A DNA stretch of 60,000 nt, taken from the NCBI GenBank assembly GCA_051294905.1, contig CM119371.1:22942001-23002000 (forward strand). Reading direction: 5' to 3'. The notes beneath the pieces are model-generated. The model searched no databases. It worked only from the letters and a program-made list of their open reading frames with translations, and had not been told where the DNA came from. This document shows, in pieces, positions 23,790 to 36,270 of the stretch (its first letter is position 1; each line of letters begins with the position of its first letter). Source of the DNA: Botryllus schlosseri (Eukaryota). Made by a program: the position numbers and the translations under genes.

Positions 23790-25946
23790 GTTTAACAGGT
23801 CTCTTATGGGGCTCGGACAATGTGTATTTCAATGCTGCTCAAGAATATTTGACAAAAGGAAACATATAGCAGCAGCACATTGCAGCCAGTAATCACGTAT
23901 TAGAATTAACGATTCGTGTCACGGGTTTGTTGCTGTTGTTATTGATTATGATTTGCTTGGCTATATTATTTCAATGGTTTTTGTTCACCTTTTTACGATA
24001 ATGGTCCATGCATTAGATGGGTGTATTCACTGACAGAATGAACTCTCCTGGCATCCGTGATGAGGCGTGAGTCTTTTAGCAAGACTTTCAGTTTCATAGC
24101 TATTGTGAGGTCCGAGCATTTGTTCATCAGCGAATTCTTTTGAATAACTTACTTTCGACAATCCATTCGATAGTGCGTTAATACTTCTGTCTCACTACAC
24201 CGTTCGCAATTCGGAGAATCTGACAACTCAATTCTCGCGAGATGTGCTTGTAATCCACCTTTCCCGGTTTGTACTTTGCAGTCGGAATAGAATTGATATG
24301 CTTTTCTGCGGCATCCCATAGAGGCTGTTTAAAAGGTCATCCTTGGAATTCAAAGCATAACTACCACACATACCTTATTACTGCAGCGGTTCTCAAACTT
24401 TTTTTAGACACGCCCACTTGATGTTAGTGAAAAATTTCGCCCCCCCCCCCCTTATCGTCATATCCGAAAGAATATTAAAAATAGCAACCAGAATGTTCGC
24501 AATTAATTATTATCATTAGCTAAAGGTAAATTCTGCGGAGCACGAGAAATTTCTCTGTTGGAAATTTTGTCAAAAATAATCATATGCAATCGTGGTACGT
24601 ATAGCATACGGATATTTTAGCAATATTGGTGTGTATAATACCTTCGATTACCCACTTGAGTTTCTCACAAACGTAAGCCAGACCAACAACTAAATCAAAA
24701 AGCAATGGCGCAGGGCGCACGCCATTTCAACTTTACTCTTCTCGCGGGGAAAATCATGCTTCTTCACGGGTCACACGTGTTCGGCGAGAAAATAAGATGC
24801 CGTAGAATGCGTTTCCTGAGAGTGGCATTATAGGAAATGAGTTCTAATTGAGTACACGAGGAGTAAGAGGCGATACGTTAGGAATAGCAAGCGTCGAAAC
24901 AACTAGTTTCAAGAATCCAACTGTTTTTACTATTCCTATTTGATCTAAGGAGTAATGTAGGCTACCACCCGACTACTGGAATTTGAGCTTAAATGGTCGG
25001 ATTATCGACTGCAACCAACCGTTGGTTGATGTATAAATTTTTTTCGCTTTTACGAGGACCGATTATGAGATGACAACTCGATGGCTTCTAGAAATCTTTA
25101 GAATTCGGCTATTTCACTCGGTATCGTCTCTCGTTTTCATTCAATACCCATGGTCAGAGCCTCTGGGCTGCCCTCTTGCGTATGCTCTTACTACTTATTT
25201 TTCACCAAATAGTTATTAGCCAGGGGCCATCGGAGATGGTATGTTATTGGAAGTCAGATGTTAAATTCACATTTTATGGTGTTTCAAGTTGCATTGTTGA
25301 ATCGAATATCATAACGATAATCAGAAAAATGGAGACACCAAATTAATTCAGATTGCAGGCCTATACTATTCTTATGCCTTGCTCTGGCGCGTGCTTTAGA
25401 TTGCTCGTCCAGGTTCCTCCGATGGATACGTGGGCGCACTGGGCAGGACCTACGTCACCTACAAATATAATCGGTACTTACATACGATTCAGTCATGTAT
25501 TTTATTATACACACTGGAGGTAGCTTGTATCGATATTGAAGCCTAATATCAAAGAATTAGCTTCACTGTATCTGCAGTAGCGCAACACAAGAGCGCATCA
25601 CTTCACATACTTCCTACGTAGGTTAGTTGTAAATCACTGGTCCACCATGCTGAAGGGTCATGTTTCGTGAAGCATGACACCACATAAATGTGGTACTAAA
25701 AATACTCATCCACCACCACCAGTGACCCGGGAAAAGAAATGAGTCGGATCATGAGAATACGGCACAAACACCACACCATGGCATGATAAGGATCAATGAT
25801 CCTCTGTGACATTCTGCTTTGGGTGGAGAAGGTGGAATAATAAATCTTATTCGAAATAAATAAATCAAGCTTTTGTTTGCTTGCAGGCTTGTACTTCTAA
25901 GTCAAGTGTCAAATGCAATGATCGCGTCAGTCGCATTATAGTCGTA

Positions 25947-26110
25947 ACCGACAAGATAGCGTAATGGTTAAGCGTCCGGCTTCTTGATCGGCAGGTCGTG
26001 GGTTCGATCCCCGGCCGGGTCACACCAAAGACCTCATTAGTAACACTGGTATCCATGGCTTCCCTGGAATAGCACGGAGGGGTAATGCAAGACTTAGAAA
26101 GCCCTACAAG
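25947..26110 (+). mobile_element. tRNA-derived SINE
   Basis: A box TAGCGTAATGG and B box GGTTCGATCCC, followed by a non-tRNA body GTCACACCAAAGAC. No acceptor-stem closure. The 3' boundary is approximate. Confidence 0.8.
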
Positions 26111-26629
26111 GCTATATCCGCACCTTCCTTGTCCAGCGGCATATGCTCATCATGTACTCATGATATGCATATGCGCAGATCGTGTGTGTGTGTGTATCAT
26201 GAGTCGGTGTAGATGCCGCAAAACATCAAGGACAAAAATAGACTATGTCCTTTCCTTTACGTGTAAAGTATTTTTTAAAAATGTCCCGAACCAGAGGTAG
26301 CGGAGTAAAATATACATCAAACATACATTTTCGGTATAATCAAGTAGGCCCATGGATTTTGCCTATTCGCAGTACTTACAGCCACCTCTTTGGATAAAAA
26401 CTACGTATAGCCTACCTCTTACTCATTTGATTTCGGTAAATATAAAACAGTTTATTGGTATCTTTGCATCAGGTTCATGAGTGAGCCTGTCATAAAAACA
26501 TTTCGAAATATTCCTTGATTTACGTTTCCACTATTCTACCAAACGTTGTGTCTCCAGTCAATATGGGTTGGTTGCGAAGATGCACTTCAAAAGCCCGTAG
26601 TATACGAAGGGGACGCAAAACGTTATCAT

Positions 26630-27196
26630 TGGGGCAAGTTTTTTGCAACTTTTTCAACTTTTTTATTACAGCTTCCGGCAGCTTCCTAAATACGCGAAAA
26701 TTATGTAAAAAAGGTGTTTTAAGCTGTTCGGAGGAATTTTATATTGCAACTTTTTGCAACTTCTCTCCATTTTTTTCATGCAACTTTTTGTAACTTTTTC
26801 ACGTTTTCATGAAACTTTATTCGATTTTTCATGCAACTAAATTTTTCTTGGAAATATTTGGCACTATATGTTAATAAATCGCTTGCTTATTCCACTGTTG
26901 TTCAAATTTGAGGTCCTTTGAGGTACATTCAGGTTAGACCGCCGAAAATTTTATTTTCACTCGGTCAATTATTTCAGGCTATTGATTTTGCTGAAGTCGC
27001 CAACACTGTGTTTTGCTACAGTGCCTTGGATGCGGATCGATTCGAGTGTCTCATTCCCTAATAATTTCATGAACTTGTCCACAAATGCAACTTCTTAGTG
27101 CAAGTTTGTGAAAAATAAATGCAAGTTTTTACTGCAATTTTTGTGAAAAATAAATGCAACTTTCCGCGGATTCGACTGCAACAAAATCTTGCCCCA
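26630..27196. mobile_element. MITE with TGCAAC subterminal repeats
   Basis: TIR TGGGGCAAG...CTTGCCCCA. Flanks GTTATCAT/GTTATCAG. Confidence 0.75.
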
Positions 27197-27605
27197 GTTA
27201 TCAGCTATGGTCGGAGGTGACTAGTCCACCGACTATAGCTGCTAACGTTATGCGCCCCCTCCTTCAAATGTACTATCGACTTGATAATTTTCATACCTTA
27301 CACCCGAAGTAGCATTGTCATGTCTTGAAAATCGCAACTCAATTACTCGAAGTATAAATTTAAAACGTTACTTTTACTGAGTATAAATTAAAAATGTTAC
27401 TTTTACTTCTATCTGATTATCACTGCTACTCTGAACACCGCTGCTCCGAGCTAGGAGACTTAGACGAACGAATCTAGATTTTCGTCACGAAAGAAAAAGA
27501 ATGTAATGAGCAATCGAACGTTGAAAAAAGATACACAATGATTTCGAATAAACATACCCAATTGTGTTTATGAATATTGTAAAACATGCAAGGTGAAATA
27601 ACGCT

Positions 27606-28673
27606 TCAAACTGGATCAACCGACTGAGTCTCAATGGTATCCGTGATGGACTCGATCCTCATTTCACTCTCGACAGAAGCTTGAGATCCCGGCACGATTA
27701 GACGATTTTGAAATATCAAATGCATAAAAACGAAAATTACAGCAGCGAAATCCAGGCTCAGGTTGACCGCTAGCACATTGTCATAGAGATAAAACGTCTC
27801 GTCGATACCGTAAAACCAAGCCAGCAGCAGGCCGCATATGTTCTCGAACGTGAAAAGCAACGAGAATACTATATGATACCGAGATTTCTCTTTACTGACT
27901 ACATGCCAGCAAAAGAGTGATACAACGGCTTCCAATAAAATAATAGAGAGACTTCCCAATTTCAAATGCCTGCATTTCGCAGTCTCAATGTCCCCGTAAA
28001 GTATGCAGGACAATATTCCAATCGCTGTAAAGTGCACTAAAATGAAGAGCGTAGTCCACCAACCTACTTCAACTGTTAGATAAACTAACACGAAGACTCT
28101 GGCCGCGAGCGCAACGCATTTCGACGCATAAAGAAACACGCTGCTTAACTTGGAATATGTGTCGCGTTTAGTATCGTTGGCAGACACAAGCTCTTCAAAT
28201 AACCTATCAAATTTAATAGCGGATGTGATAATCATTATGTACGAGAAGCTAGCGGATATAATCAAGATTATGCTGCCGTCTGACGGTTGCCGTGCTGTGA
28301 GGGATAACACGTAGAGACTTATCCACAGCTGCGGAATGGATTCGAGTGTGGTTTCACAAAATTTCAAGATGTTCACTGAGTTTTCGGTATTTGTCATCCA
28401 TACCGAAACGTTTCTATTCCATCCGCGGATAGTTATCACCGCTTGGGCAACGAAGAAGGGAAATCCCAACAAAAATGATACAGTAGCAAAAATCGCGATT
28501 CCCAGTCCGTTTTTGTGATTCTCCTTCTCTTTCCAGTAAATAGTCACTGACGCGATGTCCGCCACGTTGTCCATAACTGAAAACGATAGGAGGATGAGGA
28601 ATAAAACTTTTTCTGGCCACGTGAAGGCGACGTGTTCGGGTGATTGTTGATCTTCAACTTCTTCTTCACCCAT
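27606..28673 (-). CDS. XK-related (Xkr/Ced-8 family) multi-pass membrane protein, putative phospholipid scramblase
   Basis: Uninterrupted 355-aa ORF with many hydrophobic segments and family-type motifs D-x3-D in TM1, ETTLESIPQL, ARVFVL and FENI-x5-AWF. Confidence 0.88.
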   Translation of the reverse strand: MGEEEVEDQQSPEHVAFTWPEKVLFLILLSFSVMDNVADIASVTIYWKEKENHKNGLGIAIFATVSFLLGFPFFVAQAVITIRGWNRNVSVWMTNTENSVNILKFCETTLESIPQLWISLYVLSLTARQPSDGSIILIISASFSYIMIITSAIKFDRLFEELVSANDTKRDTYSKLSSVFLYASKCVALAARVFVLVYLTVEVGWWTTLFILVHFTAIGILSCILYGDIETAKCRHLKLGSLSIILLEAVVSLFCWHVVSKEKSRYHIVFSLLFTFENICGLLLAWFYGIDETFYLYDNVLAVNLSLDFAAVIFVFMHLIFQNRLIVPGSQASVESEMRIESITDTIETQSVDPV

Positions 28674-31061
28674 CGTTTGGTCGTAAATTGGCTGAATCTA
28701 CGATCTGTGTGCAAAATATTTTAAATTCAACAAGTGGACAGCACTGTGAAGAAACTAAACTAACACCTGTGATCCGATGACATATATATGTCCCTTACCG
28801 ATTTCAACGACCACGTTATGCACTTAATTCTATGATCGATAAAATATTTCTTTACCCGTAAATAATGATATTCCCAATGCCAACAGTCGATACTAGCACA
28901 TAGGTTAAAGTCGGGTGGCGTTTTTGTCATTGGATTTAGATTAGGGTTTTGACGAATTCCCATGAGATATTACTGGCCTAAATGTGGCCGCATTATAACT
29001 CGACTGATTACCGATGGTGAATGATCACTACATTTGCGACTGATAATGGACCTAACGCTCCAATAGACCATCGATTCTGCATGAAGTTCACAATATTTTC
29101 GGCTTTAGCACGGACCCTGGAGGACTATGCTTTTAGTACGGCCGGAGATGGACTACTGTACAGGGTCCGATTGATCACCGCCAGAATAGACAGACGCATT
29201 ATCAAAATTTATTTCCAATGACTGGCCTTTATACTGTCGTAGTAAACGGTATATGGTGAGGTCGTTCACGAGCTCAACCTTAGTTAAGTAGAGCAAGTCC
29301 GCTATGACTAGGGCGGTTTTCTTTACCTAAAAAAAAGTACAATTCTGATCAAAATCTTGACTTTTTACCTAAAGAAGGTGAGTTTTGACCAAATTTTGAC
29401 CTAACGTATGCAAATTAGGTATTTTCCCACATACTGTTAAAATTGTACCACTTAGCGTCATTTCTGGTTGGAACTGGCTGTCGTAACGAAGTAGTTTGGC
29501 CTGAAAAAACGACAATATTGTAACGAAATCTGGCCCTATGAAGAATTCTAGTGGTTACAATACGTATTATGGTAGACTTATTTAATTTTTTTGTAGTACA
29601 ACGAGGGATACTTTCCTACATTCATGGGTAGAAAGTGCATGTCATTACTTAGAAGCTTGCCAAGGACGTTCAACAGCAGCAGTTGTTGGCTGACAACATG
29701 CAAGTTGAGCGTACACTGCTGGTGACACACCGTATTGCTTCATTCTGACAATGTTGTCTACATCACAATTTTTCATCGTGCGCTTCTTCATATAAGAATG
29801 ATGCAATGCCCAAGAAGTCTTTCTTCAGTTAGGATATTGCGGTACGTTGACCATAACACCACGTCTACCGATTCGCTTTATTTGACCGTTTATGATTCAC
29901 AATTAGCGGACAATTAGCAGTCTACAACGGTAGGCCTATAAAGTAGGCTACAAGCTATAAAATATCAAATGATAAGTTCACCGACAGTGCAAAATCTACG
30001 ATACAAGCGAAATGCAGACGTCAACAGAATTTGAATTTATGAGCAATTTTGAGAAATATTGACCTAACGCTACAATGTTGACAAAATTTTTACAAATTTT
30101 GACATGCAAAAAATAAAGCCAACGCTTTGACGCATGTCATGCCAATATTTAAATTGTTATAGTAATACGGTTCACTCGACCTCAACGGATGACGAAGAAC
30201 ATGACAAATAATTATCATGAATTCTAAACTATAGAATATTTATTACTGTTAAAGACATTATACTGTAAATAAATGATCTTATATTTACACTAAGCCATCA
30301 CGTTATTGGTATAAGTCACGTAGGACAAAACCATCATTGATCACAAAGGGAAGTGGCGTTTCGACCACCGACAGCGCAGTTTTTCTGGCACAGTAAATGC
30401 AGTAACGATTGACGTGACAGGTCGACTGTTAGGATTCAAATGTTTTATCCCCAGGTTATATCACAAAATTAATATTTTCCCCCCAGTCAGTCCTATGCAC
30501 TACTGAATGAATGATTGCCGGTCCGTTGAGCTCATAAAATCTCGAGAAACGCCGCAACGACGCAAATCGACTGAATCCGGCCACTGCATATGTCGCAATT
30601 TCTGCCAAACGCAATTTGCTGATCAGACTTTCGTAATAAGTTATAGTTGTAGACATAAAGTTCATGAGCTCGGAATGAGTTTAATTTGCGCCGAAACTTC
30701 CAATTATTATTATATTGCGATTATAAATATCATAGTAACATCGCACCATCCATACACCGATGTTACATCGTCAATGTTACCGGATCTTGCACCAATCAGA
30801 AGATATACCTGGATTAGGTTTAGCTGGTCAATGCGTATAGGTGTTAACTGATGCTATTATCGTCTGTTTGTCAAGCATCCGTGCAGCGCAAATGTATTAC
30901 TACTTTGTCCTTTAGAACGCCGAAAGCTGTATTGGTCGATAAATTGTGATTTAGCAGTCGAAGTCGTCTGAAAACTAGTTCACTTCAATGCCATCTATGC
31001 CAGTGGTTCTCAAGCTTGGGTACGCGTACCACTAGTGCTACGAAATGTAGGCTACTATAGC

Positions 31062-31581
31062 TAGGGGTGGACAAAATCGAGTGCCTGAGTGATTCGATTC
31101 TGAATCACGTAACATGCATCGAATCGAGTCGAGTATTCGAGTATTGCTCAGTGTGACGTTATAACAGAATGCAATGCGTCAAGGTTCAAATATGTACCGT
31201 TTATGCCACCACAAAGAATACCATGTCAGTTATCCATCTCATAAAAGATACAACGAGTATTTTGTCGACAACACCAATTGCATTCAACTTGGTGACAATG
31301 CTGTGGGATATTCATGACTGTGGAAATGTGCTACGTCCAGTAACATTCGTATAGCTTTGTGACATGTGTTTCGTATGTCACGATACCGCCACTCAAGGTT
31401 TCAAGGCTTCAACGGTGAAAATTAGTATCGAAACTATAATTAATGTTCATAAATTAACTTTCAGTGGTGAGAAGCGTATAATTTCAGTACTCGAAAAAAT
31501 CGTCTTTTACTACTCGACTCGAATCATTGAAATTAGTGCTCGATTTAGATTCGAGTACTCGAATCATTGTGCCCAGACCTA
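31062..31581. mobile_element. hAT MITE inserted into a Charlie-type MITE end (~31000)
   Basis: Termini TAGG...CCTA, TCGAGT/ACTCGA subterminal motifs, perfect TSD ACTATAGC. Confidence 0.85.
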
Positions 31582-32451
31582 ACTATAGCTGCAAGAATAA
31601 TTCATAAGTATGATAAGTCGAATAATGTTATTGCAACCAATGCGGATGAGCATGCTTGCCGGAGTCTGTCTGACATATGCATGAAAACCATTATAATACA
31701 GCCATGATATCCAGCCTAAAAAACGACACGTTGATTCTAAATATCGACCTAAAAGTTGATTTGAGCCTGGACATGATTTCCGATGCGTTGTGAGTAATGC
31801 CTTACCCCGGATATACAAGCTTATGCAGACAAACAATTGCACTACCCGCAATAAATTGTGTTGTTCTTATGGTATAGTATTACCTGCAATAATTATTAGA
31901 TATTGGAACATTGGACTGAGATAAATCATTCAGGATCCAGGTGATACGCATTGGAGTAACTGCATATTAGTGGTACGTGTACTAGTATAATCCAGAACTC
32001 CTACCGAAGTGTTAGAGTGCTACAAGTCGGGAGTTATGGAATCAAAAATAATGAATATCGACTTGATGTAAATGGCCACCATGAATACCACAAACAGCGA
32101 CAACTGATATATGCTGATGCATACGTACTTCTACTTTTAGCGAGTATAGGCTACTAAAATATGCTCTGTCTGTACGTTCCCTAGTTACTCAAGTAGTAAT
32201 GTTTTCAAACTACTTCCACTTCTGCTTGACAGTTTCCGACGCAAAGGTACTTGCTGTACTTGATATCGACAATGCCTGCACTGATTATTACAATTCGACC
32301 TACGGAGTCGGAAGCTCAGTTGTACGTTAAGACAACTAAGCCTCATCGAAATACCACACCTATAAATGCTATTTACATGGCAAACCATTACTGTAATCGT
32401 CGCATGTTTGTTTAGTTCGCTATGATTGACTATTAACTGTATACTATACAG

Positions 32452-34939
32452 CAGTGCTTTTCAACCTGTGTGACGGTTCGCACTTGTGCGAATGAAAAAA
32501 TTTGCAGTGCGAATGACGAACATGGTGCGAACAGTGCGAATGAAAATCCCGGATGAGTGCGAATGACGAAGGTGGTGCGAACCGTGCGAATGAAAACCCC
32601 GGATGAGTGCGAATGAAAATCGTGAATAATAATTGCTTTTCAAATAAACATAATACGAAATTCAAGGGCAGTGTAACTATAGTTGTTGCGACGCAATTGT
32701 AAAAACTTGTTTAACTTACGACGCACCACTAGTCGTAGCTCTTACAAGCCGTAGCGAATTGATATTTTCGCACTATAATTATTACGTAACCAAAATCCTG
32801 GTTTGGAAGCTGGTGTAGAGACAGACATATAGCAGCCCGTCAGAGGATGGGAAATGACGTTAAATTCATTTTCTGCTTACTTTCGCTAAACAATCATCAA
32901 TACTTCCGTAATACCTGTTCGGTTAGTGCTAGGCATGAGGACAGTAGTAAATACTATCATTACAGACTGCCATTTGCAAGTTACAGTAACGCAAATTTTA
33001 CCCTTTCAGGGGTTATTAAAGTATAGACCGCAAAGGGTATAATTTTGGGTCGACACGGTGCCAGGACCATCTGTCTGTTCGGCGTAGCCAGCCGAAAAAA
33101 GGGTAGGGTGGTTGAAATAAAAGGGCGGGTTCGATTTTTACCGAATTTAGTAATATACAGGGCCGTAACAGCACTTCGTCAGCCCCCCAAAACGTTGGTC
33201 TTGGGCCCCTATATGGTGATTAACCGAACTTCTGTGAGCCAACGCGAAGCGCGAAAATTTTCGATGATTCATGATAAAATCGGTCAATAAGATCGGGAAT
33301 TGCATATATATTGCTATCAATGTCTTGTCCTCTCTGCTCACGTAATGAGTTTTACCGGTAGAGCTGAGTGAGGTCTCTTTGAAACTGTACAGTCCGTAAA
33401 TAATGATTGAACAATGAACATCTTCGGGCGGGCGGACTCGTTGGTATGACTTCGTTACATGATGTTATTTTGTGACCTGCTGTCTGCTATATCAAAAATA
33501 TAGAATCGCTCAAACGTACTAGACTGAAAGATCACACGGTTTCGGATTGGTGTTTCTTCGAAGGCATATAATTTTTTCCTGCAGGATGGTATTTGTCTTG
33601 TGTGTTTGTCTCGCTGCGATCGTTCTGGCACACTTCTTGGAGTCGCATGTTTCATGGCCTAAAACGTTACACGGTATGTCTTTGTCCTTCGAACCGCGGT
33701 AATGGCCAACGCCGATACGCCCATTTCTATAAATCTTGCGTATTTTTTCTTGGGGGAAGAGCACCCAATAATCAAGATATTTAGCGACTTGAAATTGCGC
33801 CTAGCGCGAAATATTTTTGAAAATATTGCATAAATTGGGTTTGGGGTGCGGCAGTTACGGCCCTGGTAATATAGCATCAATTCATTAGGGTTAAGTACAT
33901 GCGTAAATACCGATTATACAACATTCTCGTGTTGACGATTATACGCGTATGATAAGCTTGTCGACGAGTCCGAGAGAGGTGTTAATTAGCGACTCCCTGA
34001 TCTGTCGTGAACAATTGAATACCCGCGCTTATCAAGGCATCGAACAATAAAATACGCGCGCTGACCAATGCGTCTTACGTAGCCCCGGCCAAAGTATGGT
34101 AGGCCCAAGACGTGGTAGTTCGGCTAGCGATATCTTTCGTATACTAGGCATATTGCAGATGCGATTGTGCAGGCCAGCGATGATATCGTGCGCACCAAGC
34201 CAATGCAGATGCGATTGTGTAGACCAGCGATGATATCGTGCACACACGGCCAATTGCAGATGTGATTATTCAAGCCAGCGGAACTAGGCTTGTTGGAGAC
34301 GCGATAAATCAGGCTAGCAACGATTGCCGAGCGCGCGGCAATAAATGACCTGATTTCGCAATTATCTCAGCGGGACGAATCTCGCTAACTGGTATCACGC
34401 CTTTCGTTATTTGGCCGCGCGCAACACTGATAATACGACTTATTGAATTGCAACCGAGTAGTAGGGTCTGAAGGGCCATTTCAAAAGGATGGGGTTTCAC
34501 GTTTAAGGAGGGGGTTTCGCGTTTCTAAAGGGAGAATAGTACATTTTGAACAACGTCGACAATATTATTAAACAGAAATGAATTTCAGTACAGGGCGTTC
34601 TTCTGAAAACAGATCCCGGGCCGCAAAATATGACATCGTGGGCCTCATGCGACCCGCGTGTTGGTGACCCCTGCTTCAAGACCTGATCATCCAAGCACTA
34701 GTTAAGTAGTAGAAGGGTTTTAGTGAAATGGCTGAAATCAAAACGAGCGGAAATAGTAGCATTTTTCATGAGGCACTTGATAGCTTAAGATACATACTAG
34801 CCAATTTGTTGCACATCTGAGCAAATAAATGTTGTATTTTCATCTACTTTTTGTATATCAATATTCGGTTAGTTTGTGCGAATGAAATTTATTTTACAAA
34901 AAAAGTGCGAATGAAGCTCAAAAAGGTTGAAAAGCACTG
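32452..34939. mobile_element. hAT/Charlie-type element with nested insertions
   Basis: TIR CAGTGCTTTTCAACCT...AGGTTGAAAAGCACTG, GTGCGAATGA repeats (32485-32620), perfect TSD CTATACAG. Confidence 0.9.
33158..33865. mobile_element. Nested hAT MITE
   Basis: TIR CAGGGCCGTAAC...GTTACGGCCCTG, perfect TSD GTAATATA. A relative starts at about 56325. Confidence 0.9.
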
Positions 34940-35389
34940 CTATACAGTATACCATTTCACATCGAGCCTTAGTAATATCCCACCATATCGTTTCCAATTA
35001 ATGCAAATTCCAGCAAAAAAACGGCGCCAATATAACAAGACTGCATCACTTACATCGCTAACTGCAGATTGTCCTCAGTAGTTCACAATGTTACAGTGTG
35101 GATTCGCGAATCAGTTGGCTACCACAAACACCCGAGAGCATTGACAGACTGATTCCAATTAGGATGAATTGCTCTTCGCAATCTCATTCACCATCTAACT
35201 TGCTCAACCGCACGTATACCTCAACTATGATTAGCGGTCCTGACATGGTAGTTCTGGTATCATTGACATCATTTAAACAATTCATAGCGATGGTAACTAT
35301 TGGAAAAATACGCTCACAAATACACGGATAGCTCATGATGAATTTAGATTTCAGTCAAAGATAGTGAAATCTGCAAGGGAAGCTAGGAA

Positions 35390-36270
35390 GCTCGCGTAAG
35401 CTTCAATGCTGTGAATCCATGCTTACAGTCTATACTAGACACTGCTTTGTTCAAATCCATTTGCTTATGAACCCATTCCGACGACTGTACCGTACTGTAT
35501 GGCATCACAACACTACAGCTAAAATTTCATTGCGATGATATATGCAACTGCATGGATGAATTAGGTAAATCTCTTTATATCATAGTTAATTCATTGCCTG
35601 AAGATTGGTACCAGCGCGATTGCTGCAATTCCTTATTGATATTAGGCCCTTCGCATCATTACGATGTATCAAACAATGAACAATTGTCTTGTTCATTACG
35701 ATGGATAAACACTGCACTGGATCATCACCCATAACAACGAATCACTGAAATTTGCTAGCTGTAAACATCTCCTTCCATCATTGCTTACCTACGAATTCCC
35801 TTCATATTAATTGTCAATATTGGTAGAGTTGTGGTGACGTATAGTTCTCGTAAAGAGGCGGTTCCACTCCGCCCATTTTGCCCACAAACAAATACATTAA
35901 AGAAAACAGGAGTTTAAATCCACCACATCTAATGTAAAATTGTAAATGTCAATAGAATGTCTCGTGTCGAACGACCTGGACGAGCCATAGACAATGGCTC
36001 AATTTTAAGTTGTGCCACTCGAACAACTGATTCCAGTAGACTCGAGGCACTAACAAATTGCTACCCACATCTAAATCCAAGCACGACAATACCGAACATC
36101 ACAAGAGTAGGAATTCCACAATGTAATACCGCCAGCCTGTTTATAATTAAAAAATCTAAATATACAGTCACCATATACAATACAATGAAATCATGTATGC
36201 AGCATATTTAAATCTAATCATTTTCCAGCAGATTGCCACAGTGTCAGAGTTACTGTCTCTTTCTCACTTT
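35390..36270. repeat. Duplicated ~0.9-kb segment (second copy split: ~44775-45098 plus 59457-60000)
   Basis: Colinear similarity visible by eye across both halves. Confidence 0.8.

Noticed and set aside
25947..26025. Functional tRNA gene
   Set aside because: A and B boxes are present, but the acceptor stem does not pair and the sequence continues into a SINE-like body without a poly-T terminator.
32444..32665. His-rich peptide ORFs
   Set aside because: A translation artefact of the GTGCGAATGA subterminal repeats of an hAT element.
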